IMG/VR virus record: IMGVR_UViG_3300031539_000004
Coordinates: 64,696 to 128,695 of that record
Reading direction: 5' to 3' (one strand)
From: a virus
DNA: 64,000 nt
In this document: positions 1 through 9,559 of the stretch, one piece after another
How positions within the stretch are numbered: the stretch's first letter is position 1
How the letters are laid out: each line of letters begins with the position of its first letter
Program-made: the position numbers and the translations under genes
Notes under the pieces: model-generated
What the model was told of the DNA's origin: nothing
Seen by the model: only the letters and a program-made list of their open reading frames with translations
The model's database searches: none

Positions 1-83
1 ACTTGAACCCGGCACGGGGGACGACCACCCCGACGACCAGGGTTTCGCGAGTCGCGGCACGCGAAACTGTACGCTCGGGTTCC

Positions 84-1406
84 ATGACCGACACGACCGT
101 CCCCGCCGACCTCCTCGAGCAGGAGTACGCGACCGTCCCCGTCGACTCGCTCGACCCGCACCCCGACAACCCGAGGCGAGGCGATGTCGACGCGATCGCA
201 GCGTCGATCGACGCCAACGGGTTCTTCGGAGCGGTCCTCGCCCAACGCGCCACAGCGGATCACGGCCCACGGATCCTCGCCGGCGAACACCGGTGGCTCG
301 CCGCGCAACGCCACGGCCACCTCGAGATCCCCGTCCTCTGGATCACCTGCGACGACGACCGGGCACGCCGCATCCTGCTGGTAGACAACCGCGCCGACGA
401 CCTCGCCACCTACGACGACCGGTACCTCGCCGACCTCCTCGGCGAAATCAAAACCAGCGAAGCCGGCCTCACCGGCACCGGGTTCGACGGCACCGACCTC
501 CGAGAACTCCTCGACCGGCTCGACCCCCAAGACCAAACCCTCGACCCGCCCGACGACGACGACCCGCTCACCAACATCGACCCCGACGCCGAACCCGTCG
601 CCAAGGTAGGCGACCTCTGGCAGATCGGCCCCCACCGGCTACTCGTCGGCGACTGCTACGACCCCGCCAACCTCGACCGCCTCCTCGACAACACCGAACA
701 CGGCACCGTCGACGCCGTCGTCACCGACCCCCCCTACGCCATCTACGGCTCAAGCACCGGCATCTCGAGCGACGTAGCCGACGACAAAATGGTTCGCCCG
801 TTCTTCGAACAACTCGGCCGCCTCATCCGCGCCCGCCTCAAGCCATTCGGCCACGCCTACGTCTTCTGCGACTGGCGCTCATGGGCAACCGTCTGGCACG
901 GAATGAAAACCGCACGCCTCGCCCCCAAGAACTGCATCGTGTGGGACAAAGGCCGCTTCGGCCTCGGCGGCATGTACGCCAACACCCACGAATTCGTCGG
1001 CTTCTTCGCCAACCTCCCCAACCAACGCACCATGACCTCCAGCGACCAGCGAGGCCAACGCGCCGTCAACAGCGAACCCAACATCTTCCACACCAACCGC
1101 CCCACCGGAGACGACCGCCAACACAACGCAGCCAAACCCCTCGACCTCCTCCAATGGCTCATCGTCAACAGCACCGACGAAGGCGAAACCATCCTCGACC
1201 CCTTCACCGGCAGCGGCTCCGTCATCATCGCCGCCCACCACACAGGCCGCATCGCCTACGCCACCGAACTCGAACCCCGCTTCGCCGACATCACCATCCG
1301 AAGGGCAGAACACCTCACCGGCCACACAGCCACCGTCACCCACGCCCCCGAGACAGACGACCCGACCACCAACGACACGACCAGCGACGACCACGACCAG
1401 CCATGA
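84..1406 (+). CDS. ParB/Srx-like domain fused to N6/N4 DNA methyltransferase
   Basis: N-term LDPHPDNPRRGD...LAGEHRW; C-term VVTDPPY, AKPLDLLQWLI, ILDPFTGSGS, ATELEPRF; start moved to ATG 84. Confidence 0.9.
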   Translation: MTDTTVPADLLEQEYATVPVDSLDPHPDNPRRGDVDAIAASIDANGFFGAVLAQRATADHGPRILAGEHRWLAAQRHGHLEIPVLWITCDDDRARRILLVDNRADDLATYDDRYLADLLGEIKTSEAGLTGTGFDGTDLRELLDRLDPQDQTLDPPDDDDPLTNIDPDAEPVAKVGDLWQIGPHRLLVGDCYDPANLDRLLDNTEHGTVDAVVTDPPYAIYGSSTGISSDVADDKMVRPFFEQLGRLIRARLKPFGHAYVFCDWRSWATVWHGMKTARLAPKNCIVWDKGRFGLGGMYANTHEFVGFFANLPNQRTMTSSDQRGQRAVNSEPNIFHTNRPTGDDRQHNAAKPLDLLQWLIVNSTDEGETILDPFTGSGSVIIAAHHTGRIAYATELEPRFADITIRRAEHLTGHTATVTHAPETDDPTTNDTTSDDHDQP

Positions 1407-1969
1407 CCACACCCAAACCCCAAGCCCCACACGACCCCAAAACCCAACGCGCCCAAAACACCGATGGAGGAACGGATTCGGTGATCGAAAGTTCGTCTCG
1501 TGATGGTGGGAGGCCTGCGAAGTGGGCGGATCCTCGGGTGCGGGAGGCGTTGGTGGATGGGGTGAGGATGGGCGCTCCGGTGAAGTATGCGTGTCGGGCG
1601 GCGGGGATTGATGAGGGGACGTTTTATCGGTGGCGGCGGCAGTCGGCTGAGCCGGAGGCCCCGGAGGAGTTGCGGGCGTTGTTTGAGGAGTTGGAGGGGG
1701 CTCATGCTCGGGCGGTGTTGCGGAACGTCGGGTTGATTCAGGCGGCGGCGCAGGAGTCGAAGCATTGGAAGGCGGCGGCGTGGTGGTTGGAGCGGATGCA
1801 TCCGGAGGATTTCGCTCGGCAGGATCCGGGGCAGCTTGGGCAGGGGGGGACGCAGGTGGTGATCGCTTCGGAGGATGACATCAGGCGGTTGCAGGCGACG
1901 TTGGAGCGGCGTGCTGAGGCGTCGGGGGAGTTGGCGGTGGTGGACGCCGAGGTGGTGGGCGATGAGTGA
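1403..1969 (+). CDS. terS: Terminase small subunit (putative)
   Basis: HTH-like ACRAAGIDEGTFYRW and KAAAWWLER; overlaps upstream stop and terL start. Confidence 0.7.
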   Translation: MTTPKPQAPHDPKTQRAQNTDGGTDSVIESSSRDGGRPAKWADPRVREALVDGVRMGAPVKYACRAAGIDEGTFYRWRRQSAEPEAPEELRALFEELEGAHARAVLRNVGLIQAAAQESKHWKAAAWWLERMHPEDFARQDPGQLGQGGTQVVIASEDDIRRLQATLERRAEASGELAVVDAEVVGDE

Positions 1970-3590
1970 CCAGCCGGCGTTGATCCCTAGCGGTCTCCTC
2001 GAGCTGATGACCGATGAGGAGCGGGCGCTCTACTCGCAGTACCTCGACTATCAGGTGGTGCAGGAGGCGACCGATCCGTTGCCGTGGTTGGACGCGTTGT
2101 TCCCGTCGTATGTGCCGTTCGATTTCGCTGAGCATCACAAGGTGTTCTGGTCGTGGTTGTGGGAGATCGAGCGGCAGGAGAAGCCGGATCCGTTTGTGGC
2201 GATCTGGCCGCGTGGTGGAGCGAAGTCGACGGCGGCTGAGCTCGGGATCGTCGCGCTGGCGGCTCGGGGCCGGCGGAAGTACGGGCTCTACATCTGCGAG
2301 ACGCAGGACCAGGCGGATGACCATGTGGGGAACGTGGCGTCGCTGCTCGAGACGGACGCGATCTCGGCGGCGTACCCCGAGCTCGGGGAGCGGATGCTCG
2401 GCAAGTTCGGGCATGCGAAGGGCTGGAAGGTGAACCGGTTGCGGACGGCGTCGGGGTTCACGCTCGACGCGATCGGTCTCGACAAGGCGGCCCGGGGGAT
2501 CAAGCTCGATGAGCAGCGGCCTGACTTCATCGTGCTCGATGACATCGATGGGGAGACCGACTCGGGGCACACGACGGAGAAGAAGAAGACGATCATCACC
2601 CGGAAGCTGTTGCCGGCGGGGTCGCATGATTGCGCGGTGCTGGCGATCCAGAACAAGGTGTCGGACGAGTCGATCTTCGCTCAGCTCGCTGATGGGCGCG
2701 CCGACTTCCTGACCTCGCGGATCTTGTCGGGGCCGATCCCGGCGATCGAGGGTCTCGAGTATGAGCAGCAGCCGACCGAGGACGGGCGGCGGCGGTGGGT
2801 CATCACCGGGGGGACGGCGTCGTGGGAGGGCCAGTCGGTCGAGATCTGCGAGTCGCAGATGAACGACTGGGGGTTGTCGGCGTTTCTGTCGGAGGCGCAG
2901 CACGACACCGAGCCGCCAGGCGGCGGGATGTTCGACCATCTGGATTGGCCGGCGATCCGGGTGACGGAGGCTGAGCTGCCCGAGTTCCGGCGGGTGGTCT
3001 GTTGGGTCGACCCGGCGGTCACGTCGACCGACAACAGCGACTGCCAGGCGATCATCGTGGACGGTCTCGGCGTCGATGGGAAGATCTACCGGCTGTGGGC
3101 GTGGGAGGGCCGGACCACTCCGCTCGACACGTTGCAGCGCGCGATCCGGGCGGCGGTGCGGCTCGGGTCGGAGAAGGTTGGCGTGGAGACCGACCAGGGC
3201 GGCGACACTTGGGAGTCGGTGTACCGGGAGGCGTTGCGGTCGTTGCTCGAGGACGAGAACGCCCCGCTCGAGCTCGGCGACGAGCAGGTGATTCCCCGGT
3301 TCGATCAGGCGAAGGCCGGGCAGATGCAGGCGTCGAAGACCGCTCGGGCGGCCCGGATGCTGGTCGACTACGAGACCGACGTGTTCCGCCACCTCGAGGG
3401 CGTCCATCGGGTGATCGAGCGGTCGTTGTCGCGGTTCCCGAAGACGAAGCCGTTCGACCTCACCGACGCGTGTTTCTGGTCATGGGACGATCTGGATCCG
3501 AAGCCGAGGCGGATGCGGCGTCGTGCTCGGGCGAAGTCGGCGGCGCGCCGGTCGCTTGGCGATGTGTCGCCGGCGTTGCTCGGCGGGTGA
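1962..3590 (+). CDS. terL: Terminase large subunit
   Basis: Walker A-like WPRGGAKST, Walker B RPDFIVLDD, nuclease VCWVDPA...D and DLTDA. Confidence 0.92.
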   Translation: MSDQPALIPSGLLELMTDEERALYSQYLDYQVVQEATDPLPWLDALFPSYVPFDFAEHHKVFWSWLWEIERQEKPDPFVAIWPRGGAKSTAAELGIVALAARGRRKYGLYICETQDQADDHVGNVASLLETDAISAAYPELGERMLGKFGHAKGWKVNRLRTASGFTLDAIGLDKAARGIKLDEQRPDFIVLDDIDGETDSGHTTEKKKTIITRKLLPAGSHDCAVLAIQNKVSDESIFAQLADGRADFLTSRILSGPIPAIEGLEYEQQPTEDGRRRWVITGGTASWEGQSVEICESQMNDWGLSAFLSEAQHDTEPPGGGMFDHLDWPAIRVTEAELPEFRRVVCWVDPAVTSTDNSDCQAIIVDGLGVDGKIYRLWAWEGRTTPLDTLQRAIRAAVRLGSEKVGVETDQGGDTWESVYREALRSLLEDENAPLELGDEQVIPRFDQAKAGQMQASKTARAARMLVDYETDVFRHLEGVHRVIERSLSRFPKTKPFDLTDACFWSWDDLDPKPRRMRRRARAKSAARRSLGDVSPALLGG

Positions 3591-3593
3591 CGT

Positions 3594-3779
3594 TCAGCCG
3601 CGGCGGATCTGGCGGCGGGCCTTGCGGGCGAGGCGGCGGCCTCGGCGGGTCTTGGGGGTGGGGGTGGCGACGGCGAGGGCGTAGCCGATGGCCGCGCCTT
3701 TGGCGTTGAGGTTCGGGATGCGTCCGGCGGCGGTCCACCTCGGGAGGCTCGGGGCTGCGATTGCGGTGCTCCACTTCAT
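3594..3779 (-). CDS. Small basic hypothetical protein, leaderless
   Basis: -10-like TACAGT 7 nt before ATG, overlapping palindrome 3789-3807. Confidence 0.55.
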   Translation of the reverse strand: MKWSTAIAAPSLPRWTAAGRIPNLNAKGAAIGYALAVATPTPKTRRGRRLARKARRQIRRG

Positions 3780-3788
3780 GTCCCGAAC

Positions 3789-3807
3789 TGTAGCATAGAA
3801 GGCTACG
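3789..3807. promoter_or_regulatory. YGTAG-N9-CTACR palindrome (overlaps -10)
   Basis: tgtag catagaagg ctacg. Confidence 0.8.
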
Positions 3808-3809
3808 GC

Positions 3810-6800
3810 GATGTGTCGGGTTTCGGGGTGGTGGCCCGGCTGGTGGCTCGGCGGCGTCGGGCGAGCTCGAGGCGGTCGGGAGGTTCCCGTCAGGTTCGTT
3901 GAGGTTCCGTCAGGTTCTCGGGAGGTTCGTCAGGTGCTCGAGCTCGGCCGGCTGGCGGCAACCGCGGGGCGTGACGGCTCGGGCGGCTCGGCGACGGACT
4001 GCTAGCCGGGATCGCAGCAGTTTCGCAGCAGATCGCAGCAGTTCCGGTGCGCCGGCAGCAGTTCTGCTGCGTTTGCTGCCCGGCCGGTGCGTGACCGGAC
4101 CGCTCTGAGCGGTTGCCGGCCAGGGCGGCGAGCTTCGCCGAGGTGGTCTCGTGATGGTCTCCGGGGGTTCGTCGGGGGTTCGTCGCCGAGCTCGGGGATA
4201 ACGGGGGCATAACGGGGGATGATCGAGTGATGCGCCTGGCGTCCGCTGGTCGCCCCGGGGCCGGTTGGGCGGTGATCGGGCGGGAGGCGGCCCTCGAGGG
4301 CGTAGACGGGCGCTGAGGGGCCGATCGTCGGCTCCTGGCGGCGGCCAGCGGCGAGCATCGTGCCAAGCATCGTCGGCATCGTCCGAGCATCGTCCGAGCA
4401 TCGTCGGGGATTCTGAGCGATCTGGCCTGGCCGGCGCGCCTCCTGGCGACTCCCTGGCGACTCTCGGGGGGTCGGGACGGGCCGAGGAGCGTGGAACGAC
4501 CCGACATCAGTCTCGGGAGCCCTGGCGACCAGGGCGAAACGGGCGGGTCTGCGGCGGCCTCGAGCCTCCTGGCCGGCTGTCCTGGCATGCTCTCGTATGC
4601 GCTGGTCACGGTCCGTTTCTGAGCTCGGGAGTCCTGGGATACTGCGGGCTCCCTGGCGACTCCTGGCGCGACTCCCTGGCGGGAGCACGGGATGATGTGG
4701 GGAGCGGCGAGATCATCGGGGGCCTTGGCGTGGGCCTCGGGTGAAGGCGGGGTCCTGGCCGGCCGGCGCTCGAGCTCGAGCCGGCAGCCAGGGGGGAGTA
4801 CAGAGAGCCCTTACAGGCCCGTGACCTGCGGACATGCCGGCACTGAAGATTGTCCGAAGTCGGGCAGTCGGACCTCGGTGGCGGCGAGCTCGCGGTCGTC
4901 GGGCGAGCAGCGTGGAAGGCAGTGGAACGCAGCACGACGCAGTAGAACGCAGTGGAACGCAGTGGAACGCAGCGAAGTTGGTGCCCTGGCAGCGGTTCTG
5001 CTGTCGAGCAGGCGGCCTGGCGGCCACGATCGCCGCCATGAGCGGGGCGGGGGCCTCGGGCGTGATCGGGCGGCGGCCCGCCTCGAGGGGCACACGGCGG
5101 CGTTGTGCGTCGGATCCGGGCCGATCCGTGGCGGCCTGGCGGCGTGGAGCGCGCCCGGTCGCCTGGCGGGGAGTGGTTCTTCTGGTTCCCGGGGCGAGGA
5201 ACGTGACGAACCCGACGAACCCGGCGGGGCGTGGGCGTGAGCTGGTGGGCCTCGGGGCGAGCTCGGGCGGCCGTCGTGTTCCTCGTGTTCCTGGCCGGCG
5301 AACACTCAACGACACAACGCCGTGACCAGCGCATATGCCGGCCTGGCGGTGGCGATATGCCGGCCCTGGCGGCCGGGAGTGTTCCCGGGAGTTCGTCGGG
5401 TTCTTGGGAGAAGGACCCGAGGATCGTGACGGCTGGCGCTCGGTGAGGTGGGCCGCCTGGCGGATCCGGGTTTGCCCTGGCCGGCTACTCGAGCCGATTC
5501 TGTCCGGCCTGGTGTCCTCGCGTAACCGCTGGTCAGGGGACAGAAATGGGACTCCTTGGCCGGCGTGTTGTCCGCAGTGGTGGTTGCCGGCAGGTGGCCT
5601 GGCTGGCGTCGATCGAAGGAGCTGGCCTGGCTGGCGGCGTGAGGTGGCCGAGGGCGTCGGGGCGGCGCTCGGGCGTGATGACGCTCGGGGTGGCGCACGG
5701 CGGCACACGGGCCGTGATCCGGGGGCCGTGGCGTGAGCTGGCCGGGCTCGGATCTGCGCTTGAGCCGGCCAGGGCGGCCAGGCAGAACGGGATGACGTGA
5801 GGTACCTGCGGCCAGGTCTCGAGCCAGGAGGCGCGCCAGGCAGTCGCGCCGAGCTCGGCCGGCCAGGGCGTAACCGCTGGTCAGCGTCCGTTTCCGACAG
5901 GGAGAATCGGGAGGCTCGCGCCAGGTCGTTTCCCAGGGGGCCGGCCAGGGCGAGGAGCGTGGGATGGAGTGGAACGCAGTGGGGAGCAGCGTGGCGGCAG
6001 TTGCGGGCGGGCTCGGCCGACTGTCGGCGCGACTGCCTGGTCAGGGTGCATAACCGCTGGTCACGGTGCAGAAACGAGGGTGTCGGCGACTGCGGTTTCG
6101 AGAGGCTGAAACGGCAGTCGCCAGGAGGGCGCGCTCGGCGTCGATCGTGGGGCCTGGCGGCTGGGTTCCCGGCTACCAGCTCGAGGGGGCGGCGGCGGGC
6201 CGTGCCAGCTCGGGGCGGGTGATCGGGCGTGGCGTGGCGCTCGGGCGCGTACGGGGGCCGTGAGGGGCTGATCCGTGGCGATCGTGGGCGCGGGTGGCGG
6301 CCTCGGGGGTGGTCGTCGCCGATCCGGGGGTGTTCTCCGGGTGTTCTCCCGGGTGTTCTCCCTGGTCGGGCGAGCTCGGAGCCATCGCCGAGCCGCCACT
6401 GAGCCAGCCACTGAGCCAGCCGCTGACCTGCGGTTATGCGTTTGCCTGGCCGGCGACCTGGCCGGCGATGGTCGTCAGATGGTTCGTTGATGGTTCCGTC
6501 GGGGGTTCGTTGCGGACGCTGGGGGCCGTTTCGGCCAGCGTCGGCCAGCGTCGGCTCGAGCTCGGCGCGACTGTCGAACCCTGTGCATAAGGGCTGGTCA
6601 CGGTGCGTTTCTGGCCGGCTGGTCGGGGGTGTCGCGACTGCCGCGACTGTCGGGGTGCCAGCACCCTCCGGAATTGATGGTCGGGGAATTGATGGATGCT
6701 CGAGGATCCATCGATTCCGCCCTGGTGAGCCGTCACGGTCAGCGGTTGCTGGGGGCTGCTGGCCGGCGGAACTGCAACGGACAGCGGTTGCGGCTGACAG

Positions 6801-7350
6801 GGCGAGCTCGGCCGCGTTGCTAGCGTGCTATCAATTCCCGGCCTGGTCGGCGGCCAGCAGGTTCCGGGGCGGCACCACTCATCGACGGTCCTGCGCTCGG
6901 GCGTGGTGGGCGTACAAGCGTACCGGTCGCCATTCGGGGCTGGTCGGGCGTGGCGTGGGCCTCGAGGGCGTCAGCGGCGATCTCGGGCCGCCTGGCGGGG
7001 CGTTGAGTGGCGGGTCGAGGCGGCGTTGAGTGACTGAGCGGCCTGAACGGCGGTGCGGGCGTTGAGGTCGTTGAGTGACTGAACGGGCCTCGTGCTCGGG
7101 CGTGAGGCGGGCGGGGGCGGCTTGCGAGGTCTTGAGCCGGCGCTCGTCCCGCTCACCGGGGCAGGGTTTCCCTCGGTCGGCCGCCGCCGCCCGAGGTGAA
7201 GCTACCCGACGGGGCGAGCTTGGGCGATCGGGTTGCCGGGGAAGGGTGCCGGGGTGTGACAGGCTGACAGGCTGCCTGTCCATAACCGCTGGTCACGGGC
7301 TTGCGGTGGGGGTGCTCGAGGGTGTCGCGACTGTCGGATCTGACAGGCTG
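3810..7350. repeat. Non-coding block of many different short tandem arrays (~10-11 bp period) with GCTGGTCA and CTCGAG motifs
   Basis: AGGTTC x5 (3881-3928), GCATCGT x5 (4355-4404), GCAG(tggaac) x6 at exact 10-bp period (4919-4972), GGGTGTTCTCC x3 (6328-6361); no credible ORF. Confidence 0.85.
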
Positions 7351-7357
7351 CGGGGGG

Positions 7358-7624
7358 TCATTCGGCCTGGTCGTCGGGGTCGCCAGGGCAGTCGGCCAGG
7401 CATTCGTCTTCGGGGCCGACGTGGCAGTGGGGGCAGGTGGCGTCGAGCCAGCCGGCGATCTCGATGGCGGCGAGGTCGCCGAGCGCTTTGGAGGCGGTGT
7501 CGCCGAGGTTGATCTGGATCGGCGCGTCGGGGGGGAGGCCGTTGACCTTGCGGTAGTGGGCGGCCATTGCCTCGAGGTCGGCTACGGCGTCGGGGGGTTG
7601 CGAGGGGTGGCGGGGGTCAGCCAT
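7358..7624 (-). CDS. Hypothetical protein with CxxC
   Basis: Last gene of coupled leftward run; CPHC motif. Confidence 0.65.
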   Translation of the reverse strand: MADPRHPSQPPDAVADLEAMAAHYRKVNGLPPDAPIQINLGDTASKALGDLAAIEIAGWLDATCPHCHVGPEDECLADCPGDPDDQAE

Positions 7625-8261
7625 GCCATTCCTCGGCGTGGCCGGTTTCGAGGAGGGAGCCGGTGAGGGACGCGTAGTCGGGGCCGGTGATGTCGCCGAG
7701 CCAGCGGCCGAAGCTGTCGGCTTTGGTGGTGGTGATGAGGAACGGGTCGGTGTTGTGGTCGGCTCGGGCTGCGACCCATTGGCGGGTGTGTTCGGTGGCG
7801 GCGCGGCCGGCGTCGCGGGTTTCGCCGCGGGGTTCGGGGCAGTTGATCCCGAGGAGGCGGATCCGTTGGAGGGTGGTGAGGTGGAACCCGAGGTCGATGC
7901 GGGCGTCCACGGTGTCGCCGTCTACGACTCGGGTGATCTGGCAGCGGTAGGTGTACGGCGGTTCGGGGGTCGGCATGGCCCCAGTTTCGCGCGCCGGCCA
8001 GGCGGGCCCGGCGATTCGGACGGGGATGGTGGTGGTGCTCGAGCGGAGCGCGGCGAGGATGCGGTGGTGGCCGTCCCATACTCGGCCGTCGTCGCCGAGG
8101 GTTACGGGGTCGCAGAGGTCGGGGTTGAAGGTGGCGGTGAGCTCGGCGAGTTCGTTGCGGCTGTCGAGGTCTCGGGCTTCGTCGTTCCAGTCCCAGGGTG
8201 GGGGGTGGGAGCCGGGTCGCCAGCGGGTGATGATTTCGGCGGGGGTGAGGTGGTCAGTCAT
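7617..8261 (-). CDS. ParB/Srx-like domain fused to thermonuclease (SNase) domain
   Basis: VWDGHHRILAAL, then VVDGDTVD...RIRLLGINCPE...DSFGRWL. Confidence 0.82.
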   Translation of the reverse strand: MTDHLTPAEIITRWRPGSHPPPWDWNDEARDLDSRNELAELTATFNPDLCDPVTLGDDGRVWDGHHRILAALRSSTTTIPVRIAGPAWPARETGAMPTPEPPYTYRCQITRVVDGDTVDARIDLGFHLTTLQRIRLLGINCPEPRGETRDAGRAATEHTRQWVAARADHNTDPFLITTTKADSFGRWLGDITGPDYASLTGSLLETGHAEEWHG

Positions 8262-8541
8262 CGGCGTTGGGGATGATGCGGGCTTCGATGTCGGCGGTCC
8301 ACATGCAGATGTCGCCGCCGGCGGTGCGGACGAGCGGGCTGGCGGTGATGTGGTCGATGAGGTAGCCGTGGCCGTCGGCGAGCGCCGTGAGGGCGCGGTG
8401 GGCGCGTTCCTCGAGGGCGTCCCAGGTTGGGGCGCTGATGGTGAGGTGGGCGGTGCGGGTGGCGTGGTCGTAGGCGGCGAGTTCGCCGTCGCAGTGGGGG
8501 CAGCGGACGGTGCGGATCGGGGGTTTCACGGGTAGCTCCAT
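8254..8541 (-). CDS. Hypothetical protein (MELPVKPP...)
   Basis: C-terminal part of ORF 8254-9207; overlap coupling; CPHC. Confidence 0.65.
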   Translation of the reverse strand: MELPVKPPIRTVRCPHCDGELAAYDHATRTAHLTISAPTWDALEERAHRALTALADGHGYLIDHITASPLVRTAGGDICMWTADIEARIIPNADD

Positions 8542-8681
8542 TCGGTGAGGGGCGCGTCGGCGTGGAGGTTGTAGAGGGTGCCGGGGGTGGTGCTGATGGT
8601 GGCGAGGACGGTGAGGCAGCGGGCCTGGTCTTCGGTGGGGGTTTGGCCGGCGTTGCGGGTGTACCAGTCGGCGATGGTCAT
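8526..8681 (-). CDS. Small hypothetical protein (MTIADWY...)
   Basis: Start overlaps stop of DUF4326 gene. Confidence 0.55.
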   Translation of the reverse strand: MTIADWYTRNAGQTPTEDQARCLTVLATISTTPGTLYNLHADAPLTEWSYP

Positions 8682-9016
8682 GGGTTCGCCAGCTCGAGGA
8701 GGACGTCGGCGTGGCACGGGTCGTCGGGCTGGCAGTAGCAGGCGAGGTCGAGGCCGGTGAGCTCGGGGAGGTGTTCGGTGAGGATGATGGCGCGCGGGTC
8801 GGTCGGGTTGGTGAGCCAGGCGCGGTAGAGGGCGACGGCGAGGTCGGGGGTGGTGACGGTCGAGTACTCGTGGTCGACGGCGAGGATGATGATCGGGTCG
8901 CCGACTCGGAACGGGTTCCCGAAGGGTCCGGGTCGGGTGACGGATCGTGCGCCTTTCGGCATGCGCCAGCCGGCGGTGCGTTTGCGTTGGATGCGGATGG
9001 GCGGGGTGTCAGCCAT
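8678..9016 (-). CDS. DUF4326-family protein
   Basis: RPGPFGNPF ... LTGLDLACYC...PCHADVLLELAN. Confidence 0.85.
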   Translation of the reverse strand: MADTPPIRIQRKRTAGWRMPKGARSVTRPGPFGNPFRVGDPIIILAVDHEYSTVTTPDLAVALYRAWLTNPTDPRAIILTEHLPELTGLDLACYCQPDDPCHADVLLELANP

Positions 9017-9233
9017 CGGCGTCTCTCGGGTTGATCGGCTCGGCCCACATCGCCCACGTTTCGGGTTGGAGGGCGTCGAGGGAGCTGCGGACTCCGTCGG
9101 GGAGGTCTTCGGCGCGGCGGGTGTCTTCGATGGCGCGCTCGGCGGCGATCGCTGCTCGGGTGGCGCTGGCGGGGTTGTCGGCGGTGAACGTGGCGACGTA
9201 TCGCCATCGGCGTTCGCCTTCGAATTCGGCCAT
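9009..9233 (-). CDS. Hypothetical protein
   Basis: RBS AAGGAGA and upstream TACAGT with imperfect palindrome 9262-9280. Confidence 0.65.
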   Translation of the reverse strand: MAEFEGERRWRYVATFTADNPASATRAAIAAERAIEDTRRAEDLPDGVRSSLDALQPETWAMWAEPINPRDADG

Positions 9234-9292
9234 TCGGCTTCTCCTTGGTCGGGGGTTCGACTGTAGCTCTCCGTGTGACGGGGAGCGAGGAG

Positions 9293-9559
9293 TCAGGCGG
9301 GGAGCTGGTCGGTGAGGCCGAGCTGGTAGTCGTTGGCGACTCGGGCGGTCCGCTCGAGTTCGGCGTCGGCTTGCTTGCGGTTCTCGGTGGAGACGTTGCT
9401 GTAGGCGGTCCAGTCGGTCTGGCCGTGGCTGCGGTAGGTGATGCCCCATCGGCGGTCGGGGCGTGCTCGGGGCGCGGTGAGGAGCGCGAAGGGTTCCTCG
9501 TCGGGTTGGCGGCGGATCTCGGTGCGTCCGTCGCCGAGGTCGGTGTGGTGGAGGCTCAT
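9293..9559 (-). CDS. Hypothetical protein (MSLHHTDLG...)
   Basis: RBS, coupled start. Confidence 0.65.
   Translation of the reverse strand: MSLHHTDLGDGRTEIRRQPDEEPFALLTAPRARPDRRWGITYRSHGQTDWTAYSNVSTENRKQADAELERTARVANDYQLGLTDQLPA

Noticed and set aside
293-1402. N-terminal 370 aa of ORF 293-1969 as part of terS
   Set aside because: Arg/Pro-rich alternative frame of the MTase gene; the credible start is ATG 1403.
3881-3934. LexA boxes (GTTC-N7-GTTC or GAAC-N4-GTTC)
   Set aside because: Spacing alternates between 6 and 7 nt, the direct-repeat box is alphaproteobacterial, and the array is not at a promoter.
3810-7350. CRISPR array
   Set aside because: Units are short (9-15 bp), differ between arrays and have no constant repeat with unique 30-40-bp spacers; no cas operon.
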